32,000 nucleotides of DNA from an uncultured Erysipelotrichaceae bacterium (GTDB lineage: Bacteria; Bacillota_I; Bacilli_A; Erysipelotrichales; Erysipelotrichaceae): the NCBI GenBank assembly GCA_942493105.1, contig OW818668.1, positions 1,860,001-1,892,000 of the forward strand. The letters are read 5' to 3'. The translations under genes and the position numbers were made by a program. Below the pieces are notes generated by a model that made no database searches, was not told where the DNA came from, and saw only the letters and a program-made list of their open reading frames with translations. Below, in pieces: positions 16,668 to 24,287 of this stretch. How positions within the stretch are numbered: the stretch's first letter is position 1; every line of letters starts with the position of its first letter.

Positions 16668-19352
16668 ATGTCACTATCGTGGAATGAAATACAGGATAAT
16701 GCCATTGTCTTTTCGAAACGATGGTCAACTGCAAGTGATGAAAAATCTGAAGCACAATCATTTCTCAATGAATTATTCTCTGTTTTTGGAGTAGACAGAA
16801 AAAGAGTTGGAACATTTGAATATAATACACATCCTAATGACAAAAGTCATTTCATTGACTGTTTTTGGCCAGGTAGAATTATTATTGAAATGAAAAGCAA
16901 AGGAAAATCACTCGATAGGGCATACTCGCAAGCAAAACAATATGCATTTGAGATTAAATCAGATGAGGATTTACCACAATTTATTATGGTTTGTGATTTC
17001 GATCGAATTCACATTTACAACTTGATAACAAACCAAAACTGGGAATTTCAAGTTAAGGATTTGAAAAAGAACGTGAAGAAACTCTCAATTCTCACTGATC
17101 AAGCAACAAAATATAACTTTTTTGTTGATCAAGAGTTGAATACTAAGGCCGCATACAAAATGGCTTTATTGCATGATGAGTTAAAAAGAAACAAATACGT
17201 CGGCCATGACTTGGAAGTCTACCTTGTAAGACTTCTATTCTGTTTATTTGCTGATGATTCTGGCATATTCCCGCACAATTCATTTTACGATTATATCAGT
17301 AAGACTCAGAGCAACGGATCTGATTTGTCTGGAAGATTAGCTGTATTCTTTCAAACTCTAAATACAGACTATGAGTACAGACAATCATCGCTTAGCGATG
17401 AACTAAAGAACTTCCCTTACGTTAACGGAGGACTATTTAGCAAACCGTTGACTTTGCCTGCATTTAGTTCAAAAACAAGAGATATCCTACTTGAGTGTTC
17501 ATCCTTCGATTGGTCCAAAATTTCGCCATCTATTTTTGGCTCTATGTTTCAAGGTGTACTTGATGAAACTCAAAGAAGATCATTAGGTGCTCATTACACA
17601 AGCGAGCAAAATATCCTAAAAGTTATAAAGCCATTATTTCTAGACAATCTTTATCTTGAGTTCGAAAAAGTAAAACATAACATAAAATCTCTAGATGCTT
17701 TTCACCAGAAACTCGGCAAGTTGACTTTTTTCGATCCTGCTTGTGGTTGTGGTAATTTTCTCATCATCGCATATCGAGAATTAAGAATACTAGAGCTTGA
17801 AGTACTAAAAATGAAAATTAACGATAATCAAATGGGTTTCATCGAAATGTGGCAAGATAACATTATTGTTAATGTAGATCAATTTTTCGGCATAGAGTCA
17901 GAAGATTTCCCATGTGAAATTGCCAAAGTTGGAATGTGGCTAATGGACCATCTAATGAATAATATCATCTCCGATTACTATGGTCTTCCATTTTCTAGAT
18001 TACCATTAAAGAAAGGAGCAACTATAATTCACGGAAATGCTTTAAGACTTGATTGGGACAATTCCTTTAATAACATCAAGTTTGATTTTATCATTGGAAA
18101 TCCTCCATTTATTGGAAAAAAATATCAGAATTCTGATCAGAAGAATGATATGAGAATGGTTTTCGGAACAGATTTCTTAGGTGTTGGAAATCTAGATTAT
18201 GTATCTGCTTGGTATAAAAAAACAACTGAATACATGAACAAATTAACAAAAGCAGCCTTCGTATCAACTAATAGTATTGTTCAAGGCGAACAAGTACCAT
18301 ATTTGTGGAAACCGTTATTCAATGAAGGAATTCACTTTGATTTCTGCTATAGAACATTTGAGTGGAAAAATGATGCTAAACTTAACGCCGCAGTACATTG
18401 TGTGATTATAGGATTCTCTAAAAGTGAAAATGTAACTGAAAAATATATTTTTGATGATGTAAATATCAAAATAGTCGAGAACATTAACCCTTATCTAAAT
18501 GATGGGCCCACTGTATTTCTTGAGAATCGATCAAATCCAATATCAAAAGTTAATAAACTAGTTTACGGGAGTTTTGCGCTTGATAATGGAAATTATACTA
18601 TTTCTGAAGACGAATTCACTGAGTTCATAAATAAGGAGCCATATTCACAAGATTTTCTACGACTCTTTATTGGATCAGAGGAGTTCATCAATAACAAAAA
18701 AAGATTCTGTATCTGGTTGAAAGATGCCGATATTGATATTATCCAAAAATGCCCAACTATTATTGATAGAATTAGGAAAGTAAAGGAATGGAGATTAAAA
18801 AGTAATAGAAAGGAAACCAGGTCTGCTGCTGATTTTCCAAGTTTATTCGCAGAAATTCGGCAACCAAAAACAGATTATTTAGCTATTCCAATAACTAGTT
18901 CAGAGCGCCGAAAATATATCCCAATAGGATATCTAAGGGCTAATGTAATTGCCAGTAACCACTTACTAGTATTACCAAATGCATCATTATACGATTTTGC
19001 AATACTTACTTCAGCCATGCATATGGCTTGGGTTAAAACTGTAGCTGGTCGGTTGAAAAGTGATTATAACTATTCAGCAAGAATCGTGTATAATAATTTC
19101 CCGTGGCCTAATTCTAGTAAAGAGCAAATAGATGCAATTTCGTTACTTGGTGAGAGTATTTTACGAGTTCGAGCAAGTTTTACAAACAAGACTCTAGCAG
19201 CATTATATGACCCGTTATTTATGCCTGAAATTTTAATGCAGGCACATTTAAAACTAGACCGTGCGGTTGATAAACTATATGGTAAGACTTTTGAAAGTGA
19301 TGAATCTCGGGCTTCGTATCTTATGATGCTTTATGACAAGTTGATCAAATAG
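16668..19352 (+). CDS. MmeI-family type IIL restriction-modification enzyme (fused endonuclease, N6-adenine methyltransferase and specificity domain)
   Basis: 894 aa. The N-terminus MSLSWNEIQDNAIVFSKRW..SDEKSEAQSFLNELFSVFG is very close to the MmeI N-terminus as I recall it. The nuclease motif D-x9-E-x-K is present (FIDCFWPGRIIIEMK). Methyltransferase motif I is FFDPACGCGNFLI and motif IV is IIGNPPFIG. A long C-terminal TRD follows. Confidence 0.9.
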   Translation: MSLSWNEIQDNAIVFSKRWSTASDEKSEAQSFLNELFSVFGVDRKRVGTFEYNTHPNDKSHFIDCFWPGRIIIEMKSKGKSLDRAYSQAKQYAFEIKSDEDLPQFIMVCDFDRIHIYNLITNQNWEFQVKDLKKNVKKLSILTDQATKYNFFVDQELNTKAAYKMALLHDELKRNKYVGHDLEVYLVRLLFCLFADDSGIFPHNSFYDYISKTQSNGSDLSGRLAVFFQTLNTDYEYRQSSLSDELKNFPYVNGGLFSKPLTLPAFSSKTRDILLECSSFDWSKISPSIFGSMFQGVLDETQRRSLGAHYTSEQNILKVIKPLFLDNLYLEFEKVKHNIKSLDAFHQKLGKLTFFDPACGCGNFLIIAYRELRILELEVLKMKINDNQMGFIEMWQDNIIVNVDQFFGIESEDFPCEIAKVGMWLMDHLMNNIISDYYGLPFSRLPLKKGATIIHGNALRLDWDNSFNNIKFDFIIGNPPFIGKKYQNSDQKNDMRMVFGTDFLGVGNLDYVSAWYKKTTEYMNKLTKAAFVSTNSIVQGEQVPYLWKPLFNEGIHFDFCYRTFEWKNDAKLNAAVHCVIIGFSKSENVTEKYIFDDVNIKIVENINPYLNDGPTVFLENRSNPISKVNKLVYGSFALDNGNYTISEDEFTEFINKEPYSQDFLRLFIGSEEFINNKKRFCIWLKDADIDIIQKCPTIIDRIRKVKEWRLKSNRKETRSAADFPSLFAEIRQPKTDYLAIPITSSERRKYIPIGYLRANVIASNHLLVLPNASLYDFAILTSAMHMAWVKTVAGRLKSDYNYSARIVYNNFPWPNSSKEQIDAISLLGESILRVRASFTNKTLAALYDPLFMPEILMQAHLKLDRAVDKLYGKTFESDESRASYLMMLYDKLIK

Positions 19353-19542
19353 CAAGGTTTTAATTAGAACAAATTTCAATGATCTATTAGGAAAATATAC
19401 GAAACTCTATAAATCAATTCCTTAATGCTTATTAAAGTTCGTAATATCTTTGAGTTTTGGTAATGAAAGATAGTATTTCTTTTTTGAACATATGATTTCA
19501 ACGAAACTAACTCGTAGTAAAATGAATAAATCAACTAAAGAT

Positions 19543-19567
19543 GTCCTTATACAGTTAGGACTTTTTT
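19543..19567 (+). terminator. Rho-independent terminator downstream of the MmeI-like gene
   Basis: gtcct (19543-19547) pairs with aggac (19557-19561), followed by tttttt. The stem is only 5 bp. Confidence 0.4.
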
Positions 19568-19683
19568 CATAGTTATATAAGAATATAATAGTTTATCATC
19601 AAAATATTCTAACTTTTTTTGTAAATGAGATCTAAGTTAATAAATTAACAGCATCTGAAATTTGAGTTTTTTCTGTTTTAATT

Positions 19684-19899
19684 TCAGATTTTGAAATCAT
19701 CATCAACATACTCTATTATATCCCCCGGTTGTACATTCAGATATTTACATAGTTTATCAATTACCTCAAGACTTACCATATCATTACTTGAGAACTTAGC
19801 AATTGTATTAAAAGCTAAGTTCAATTCTGTTCTTAAACTTGATTTGTTAATTCCACGTCTATTAAGTGTATCAAGTAATTTATAGTATTTGATTGCCAT
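19684..19899 (-). CDS. XRE/Cro-CI family small HTH transcriptional regulator
   Basis: 71 aa with SD AAGGAGGG. The sequence is typical of a small XRE protein (KLLDTLNRRGINKSSLRTELNLAFNTIAKFSSNDMVSLEVIDKLCKYLNVQPGDIIEY). It is divergent from the zinc-ribbon nuclease operon. Confidence 0.85.
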   Translation of the reverse strand: MAIKYYKLLDTLNRRGINKSSLRTELNLAFNTIAKFSSNDMVSLEVIDKLCKYLNVQPGDIIEYVDDDFKI

Positions 19900-19942
19900 A
19901 ATATTCCCTCCTTAATTCATTATACTTCAAATCTATCGAAAA

Positions 19943-20031
19943 CTATAGAAATTATTGTTGACAATAAAGAAAATCTAGTGTAATCTATATTTATAGAGAG
20001 ATATTCTATACAATGTTATAGATATTCTATA
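19943..20031. promoter_or_regulatory. Divergent promoter region with a dense array of TATAGA/TCTATA half-sites (candidate XRE operators)
   Basis: TTGACA lies at 19958-19963, then a 17-nt spacer ending in tg, then taatct at 19981-19986. Half-sites: tataga 19944-19949, tctata 19983-19988, tataga 19992-19997, tctata 20005-20010, tataga 20017-20022, tctata 20026-20031. Two pairs form palindromes, tataga-N7-tctata and tataga-tat-tctata. Confidence 0.5.
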
Positions 20032-20043
20032 AAAGGAGGGTTT

Positions 20044-21543
20044 ATGACCCAATCACTTAAGGGAATGAGTTTCAAGGTTTGGTGTATTGAGAATCATAAG
20101 GATGAATTGCTTAGTCAGTGGCATCCTACAAAGAATGTAAGGTTGTCTCCGGATTCGATTACTTTCGGTAGTAATAAGAAAGCTTGGTGGGTGTGTTCAA
20201 AGGGACATGAGTGGGAAGCTACCATCTCCTCTCGTACCACGAATCAGCGTGGCTGCCCGTATTGCAAGGGAGTAAAAGTCATCGTCGGAGAAACCGATCT
20301 AGCCACTACTCATCCTACCCTTGCTTTAGAATGGCATCCGACTAAAAATTCGCTGACTCCTAAAGAACTCTCCGCCGGAAGCAACAAGAAAGTTTATTGG
20401 CTGTGTCCTAACGGCCACACCTACCTCAGTTCCCCATCCATAAGGTTACAGCCTTGTGGATGCTCGGTTTGTGCCAGGAAGATTGTAGAGGTAGGGGTCA
20501 ACGATCTGTTGTCTAGAAGCCCTGAGATCGCCTCAGAATGGCATCCGTCTCGTAACGGAGATTTGAAGCCTGAGATGGTGATGTTTCAAAGCAATAAGAA
20601 AGTTTGGTGGCTTTGTAAGAACGGCCATGAGTGGGAAGCTTCTCCAAACTCTAGACAAAAGAATGGATGTCCTATCTGTTACGGAAACACCCACTTCTCA
20701 CTTCGCGAGAAAACTGTCTTCTATTACGTCAAGAAACACTTTCACAACGCCATCAGCAGTTATCAGTTCAAGAGCGATCGTAAGCTTGAGATCGACATCT
20801 TTATTCCGGGGCTCAACATCGGAATTGAATACGATGGAACCTATTACCATCAGGATCCCTTAAAGGACCAACTCAAGGAAACGCTTATTACTGAAGAAGG
20901 CATTCAGCTCATCCGGATCAGAGAACCGAAAACGCCTGAAGTCAAAGACAACAGCACCGTGATCCAGCTCTTCGACCTTAGTGTCGAAGACCTCACACGA
21001 GCCATTAGAGAGCTTTTGGCGCTGCTTGAGAATCTATCTCATACTTCTCTAAGAAACGTCGAAGTCGTCATCAAAGACGATCTAAAGGACATCTATGCCA
21101 TGATGGATGATACGATCATCGAAGGATCGATCGCAGCCAAGAATCCGGCCGTTGCTTACGAGTGGCATCCTACCAAGAACCTGCCTCTAACCCCGGAAAA
21201 GGTCTACGCCAACTCTAAGATGATCGTGTGGTGGTTGTGTCCATTAGGGCATGAATACCAATCCAACGTCAATAACCGAAACAATGGAAAACGTTGCCCC
21301 TTCTGTTACGGGACTCACAGTTTGTTAGTTGGGGAAAACGATCTTCTTTCTCAAAGACCGAAACTGGCCGCTCAGTGGCACCCCACAAAGAACCTTCCTT
21401 TGATGCCGGATCAGATCCGCGCCTACAGTTCAAAGAAGGCTTGGTGGCTATGTGAGCACGGTGAAGAATGGGAATCGAAGATCAGTTCACGAGGCGATAC
21501 TTGCCGATGCAAAAACAAAGCCAATTTTTTTGGAAAATTTTAG
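20044..21543 (+). CDS. Protein with five treble-clef zinc-ribbon repeats (DUF4379-like) flanking a Vsr/DUF559-like PD-(D/E)xK endonuclease core
   Basis: 499 aa with SD aaaggaggg. Five repeats follow the pattern WHP(T/S)(K/R)N..P......S.KK.WW.C..GHEW......R....GCP.C, at aa 22-75, 93-144, 162-213, 370-422 and 441-489. The central aa ~217-295, REKTVFYYVKKHF..KLEIDIFIPGLNIGIEYDGTYYHQ..EEGIQLIRIRE, fits the E..D..IE.DG..H..R layout of Vsr-like/DUF559 nucleases. Confidence 0.75.
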   Translation: MTQSLKGMSFKVWCIENHKDELLSQWHPTKNVRLSPDSITFGSNKKAWWVCSKGHEWEATISSRTTNQRGCPYCKGVKVIVGETDLATTHPTLALEWHPTKNSLTPKELSAGSNKKVYWLCPNGHTYLSSPSIRLQPCGCSVCARKIVEVGVNDLLSRSPEIASEWHPSRNGDLKPEMVMFQSNKKVWWLCKNGHEWEASPNSRQKNGCPICYGNTHFSLREKTVFYYVKKHFHNAISSYQFKSDRKLEIDIFIPGLNIGIEYDGTYYHQDPLKDQLKETLITEEGIQLIRIREPKTPEVKDNSTVIQLFDLSVEDLTRAIRELLALLENLSHTSLRNVEVVIKDDLKDIYAMMDDTIIEGSIAAKNPAVAYEWHPTKNLPLTPEKVYANSKMIVWWLCPLGHEYQSNVNNRNNGKRCPFCYGTHSLLVGENDLLSQRPKLAAQWHPTKNLPLMPDQIRAYSSKKAWWLCEHGEEWESKISSRGDTCRCKNKANFFGKF

Positions 21544-21586
21544 GAAGTGTTTTGTTTATTGCGTATAAAGAACTTGGAGGTTCAAT

Positions 21587-21835
21587 ATGGGTCAACTAAA
21601 TATTGAAGTCACCTTTATAGAAGGTCCAAATAAGGGTCAAGTCTGGATTCACAATAATCTTTCTCTACCCGATATCTTCGAGTTTTACGAAAGCCGTACC
21701 CTTAGATTTATAAAAGAAACAGATGCTTTTGTATTCGATGAAAGTCACAGGATAGAACTCAGCGAATTCATGTATACCGTTATCAAGAAGATTGATCCTT
21801 TTATTGAAACGGTATCCGATCCTCACAAGCACTAA
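21587..21835 (+). CDS. Hypothetical small protein, co-oriented with the zinc-ribbon nuclease gene
   Basis: 82 aa with SD ggagg 7 nt upstream, starting 43 nt after the previous stop. A terminator follows. I recognise no family. Confidence 0.55.
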   Translation: MGQLNIEVTFIEGPNKGQVWIHNNLSLPDIFEFYESRTLRFIKETDAFVFDESHRIELSEFMYTVIKKIDPFIETVSDPHKH

Positions 21836-21900
21836 ATCAGATTATAGTTCCGTCTTATTCCCATTGTGAATATCCATCCATTATCCAAGTCTCAATAAAT

Positions 21901-21931
21901 GTCCCATCGTAATAATGGGGCTTTTCCTTTT
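21901..21931 (+). terminator. Rho-independent terminator of the zinc-ribbon nuclease / 82-aa operon
   Basis: gtcccat (21901-21907) pairs with atggggc (21915-21921), followed by ttttcctttt. Confidence 0.6.
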
Positions 21932-22065
21932 GACAATAAAACACTGGCTTTCAAGAACGAACAATAATGACTGTCTTATCTAAATGGGTTGATTTAATCC
22001 TTTTGGAATGAGTGTAAATAGTTATTACTGACATTTTCTAAAAAAACTGAATTAAATTTTAGAGT

Positions 22066-22150
22066 TTGCGAAGTGGATTATACCGCTTAAAATAAGGGAA
22101 TAATCAAAATCATAAATTCAAAACTCAATGGGACCATTTGGACCCGTAAA
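22066..22150. repeat. Cassette copy A (conserved flanks + hairpin GGGACC-attt-GGACCC)
   Basis: gtggattataccgcttaaaataagggaataatcaaaatcataaattcaaaactcaatGGGACCatttGGACCCgtaaa. It aligns with copies B and C. Relative to them it lacks about 25 nt between gtggat and tataccgc. Confidence 0.8.
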
Positions 22151-22211
22151 CCAACTAAAATAATTATTTTGTATAGTGCGTAAATTTGCATTGTCCCGTT
22201 ACTCAGTAATT

Positions 22212-22247
22212 ACGGGAACCAAAGGTCCCCGTCAGCTTTTTGCTTTT
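22212..22247 (+). terminator. Hairpin ACGGGAACC-aaa-GGTCCCCGT + T-rich tail (terminator-like), copy 1
   Basis: Read directly, followed by cagctttttgcttttg. The identical 25-nt string ttacgggaaccaaaggtccccgtcag recurs at 24060-24084. No plus-strand gene lies upstream, so it may end a small RNA. Confidence 0.4.
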
Positions 22248-23115
22248 GAAAATCAGAAATTCCTTTATTTATAAGGGTTTTTTCAATGTCACTTCTCTCA
22301 AAAATCATTTCAAAAAAAAGATATATTACTTCGAATTAGAACACAAAAAGACGTTATGCAAGTGAAATCTTTTCAAAATAGGTCGATTTATTACTCAAAT
22401 GTGAAAGTAACTCTTATATAGCAATACCAATTGAAACATGGGTTTGACTTTCAGACGTAATTATCACTACCAAGATCAATTAAAAGGTTAATTTTCGGCA
22501 TTTTTACACCTTGATCGATTGGAATTGGGACTTTTTCCCCAACCTAGCCTCCTGGAATACACTATATATAGGGTACTCTACTTTTGAGGTAAAAGTCACC
22601 GATCAAAATTTGAAAAGTTGATTATACGTCTATTTTACTGAAGATTTTCAATGTCTACATGTTGTACCCATAGTTTTTTGCTTTTCTGTTTTTATGGGTA
22701 CAGCTTTTTACTTAGTCTAAATGTTCAGAAAAGCCTTTATTATAACCGTATTAACTACTTTTCGGCTTGCCGAAAATGTTCAAAAAGCGTGGGTTGTACC
22801 CAACGCCTTATCCTGCTTACTAATTTCCAAAAAATATTGATTATCGTATTTCTTGGAAAAACTCATTTTCTGCAGATTTTGATGAGTATTTGGATCTTTC
22901 CCAAAACAATCATAAATATCCTGTTTCATTAGTGAAAACTTATTGAGAACTTGTAACTTGCCAATTCCATTATCACAACTTTTACTCTGAGTATTTAGAT
23001 ACTATAAACGAATATCTCTTGTGCCTTCTATGTCGAAATGTGATATAGAACCTATCCACTGTTGAATACATACATCCACCCTCTGAAGACACTCAAATAA
23101 ATCAAACATACTCAT

Positions 23116-23228
23116 AAAAGTGAACGTGAGTTCATGGGTTTTCAAATTGGGTTATAGGCTTAGAATAAAGAGATAATCGAAATTAAACATGCAAAACTTA
23201 GCGGGAACAGAGTGTTCCCGTAAATGAC
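23116..23228. repeat. Cassette copy B (more diverged; hairpin CGGGAACA-gag-TGTTCCCG)
   Basis: aaaagtgaacgtgagttcatgggttttcaaattgggttataggcttagaataaagagataatcgaaattaaacatgcaaaacttagCGGGAACAgagTGTTCCCGtaaatg. The hairpin lies 45 nt past the stop of the minus-strand HTH gene. Confidence 0.7.
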
Positions 23229-23264
23229 TAAATATCGGTAAATCACTTGGTATAAATTATGCTT

Positions 23265-23690
23265 TTAGACTATGTTAATGAAACCATCAAGAATCTTTAC
23301 TTCACTTTTCTCAATCCCAAGATATGCAGCTTTTAAACTAGTGTTCATTAGGTGGTACTCAGAGTATTTGGTGATTTCACCCGCTTCATCACGCTCAATC
23401 TTTTCTATGCATTTCAGCAAAGTGACATAAAGTCCTCTATCTGCCAAATTCGAATAATTCAATCTGTACACACCACGGCTTATTTTCGCTATGCATGGAT
23501 CATTCAAACTTAGTCTGGTATATAGTTGGCTAATTAAGCTTTGGGAGCATTTCAACTCTCTCGCAACTTCAGTTTGAGACATCATTATGGCTCCATTTTT
23601 ATCAGTGTTTTTCTTTAGTAAATCAACAAGCGCTTGAGAAGTTTCTCTGCTTTTATATAGTTCTCTTTTATAGATGGGTAAATTGATCAT
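23265..23690 (-). CDS. Hypothetical HTH/winged-helix DNA-binding protein
   Basis: 141 aa with SD agaggtg. The probable HTH is MSQTEVARELKCSQSLISQLYTRL. It is the only convincing ORF between 21.84 and 24.6 kb and lies between cassette copies B and C. Confidence 0.6.
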   Translation of the reverse strand: MINLPIYKRELYKSRETSQALVDLLKKNTDKNGAIMMSQTEVARELKCSQSLISQLYTRLSLNDPCIAKISRGVYRLNYSNLADRGLYVTLLKCIEKIERDEAGEITKYSEYHLMNTSLKAAYLGIEKSEVKILDGFINIV

Positions 23691-23869
23691 TGTGTCACCT
23701 CTTATTCTTCATCCATTATATATACTCCTTAGGAGTTTATCAGTGAAACCTTAATCGATCTATATAATCAGAGTACTAACTAATTACCGTTCTTGGAAAT
23801 GATGCAATCATTCTGTATAGATTCCAGAAAAGTAGAGATAAATCATTATCGAAACAGTCTAACATTTTG

Positions 23870-23980
23870 AAAAGTGGATAGAGAATCTGTGTAGTCGAAT
23901 TTGCATTATACCGCTTAAAATAAGGAAATTATCAATATTGAATACTCAAAAACTCAGCGGGTTGGATCCAACCCGTAATT
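23870..23980. repeat. Cassette copy C (hairpin CGGGTTGG-ATCC-AACCCG, perfect palindrome)
   Basis: gaaaagtggatagagaatctgtgtagtcgaatttgcattataccgcttaaaataaggaaattatcaatattgaatactcaaaaactcagCGGGTTGGATCCAACCCGtaattt. Confidence 0.8.
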
Positions 23981-24061
23981 TCATTTATATCGAGGATTTA
24001 TCTCAATGTTTACTTTATCATGTTAATCAATCGTTAAAAACTGTCGATATTTACTGTATTT

Positions 24062-24090
24062 ACGGGAACCAAAGGTCCCCGTCAGGTTTT
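24062..24090 (+). terminator. Hairpin ACGGGAACC-aaa-GGTCCCCGT, copy 2 (weaker T tail)
   Basis: The hairpin is identical to the one at 22212-22232. It is followed by caggttttcgag. Confidence 0.3.
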
Positions 24091-24287
24091 CGAGCTCCGA
24101 TGTTTAAAATACACTTAAAAACAAAGGGAATTATTAATATTCATATCTGTAATTTTGTTTTCATATTTTATTTGTATTTATTTTCAAACGCAATTTTGTA
24201 GGATCAATTCAACTTATCAGAACATCAACACAATTTCTACACAGGTTTTTAATATAGTGATGATGTCGAAAGACAAGGAGGTTATCA

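Noticed and set aside
16668-19352. Alternative call as BREX PglX methyltransferase
   Set aside because: The protein has MmeI size (894 aa), the MmeI-like N-terminus and an intact D-x9-E-x-K nuclease motif. No brxA/B/C, pglZ or brxL genes are nearby.
19691-20863. Track ORFs 19691-19885 (+) and 20627-20863 (+)
   Set aside because: The first is antisense to the XRE gene. The second is an alternative frame inside the zinc-ribbon nuclease gene.
22651-22932. 93-aa plus-strand ORF and antisense 49-aa ORF (22780-22929)
   Set aside because: The plus-strand ORF is Phe/Leu/Cys-rich low-complexity sequence without an SD. The antisense ORF reads more like protein but also lacks an SD and is very short. 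Neither is reported as a gene; the region is treated as non-coding or decayed.
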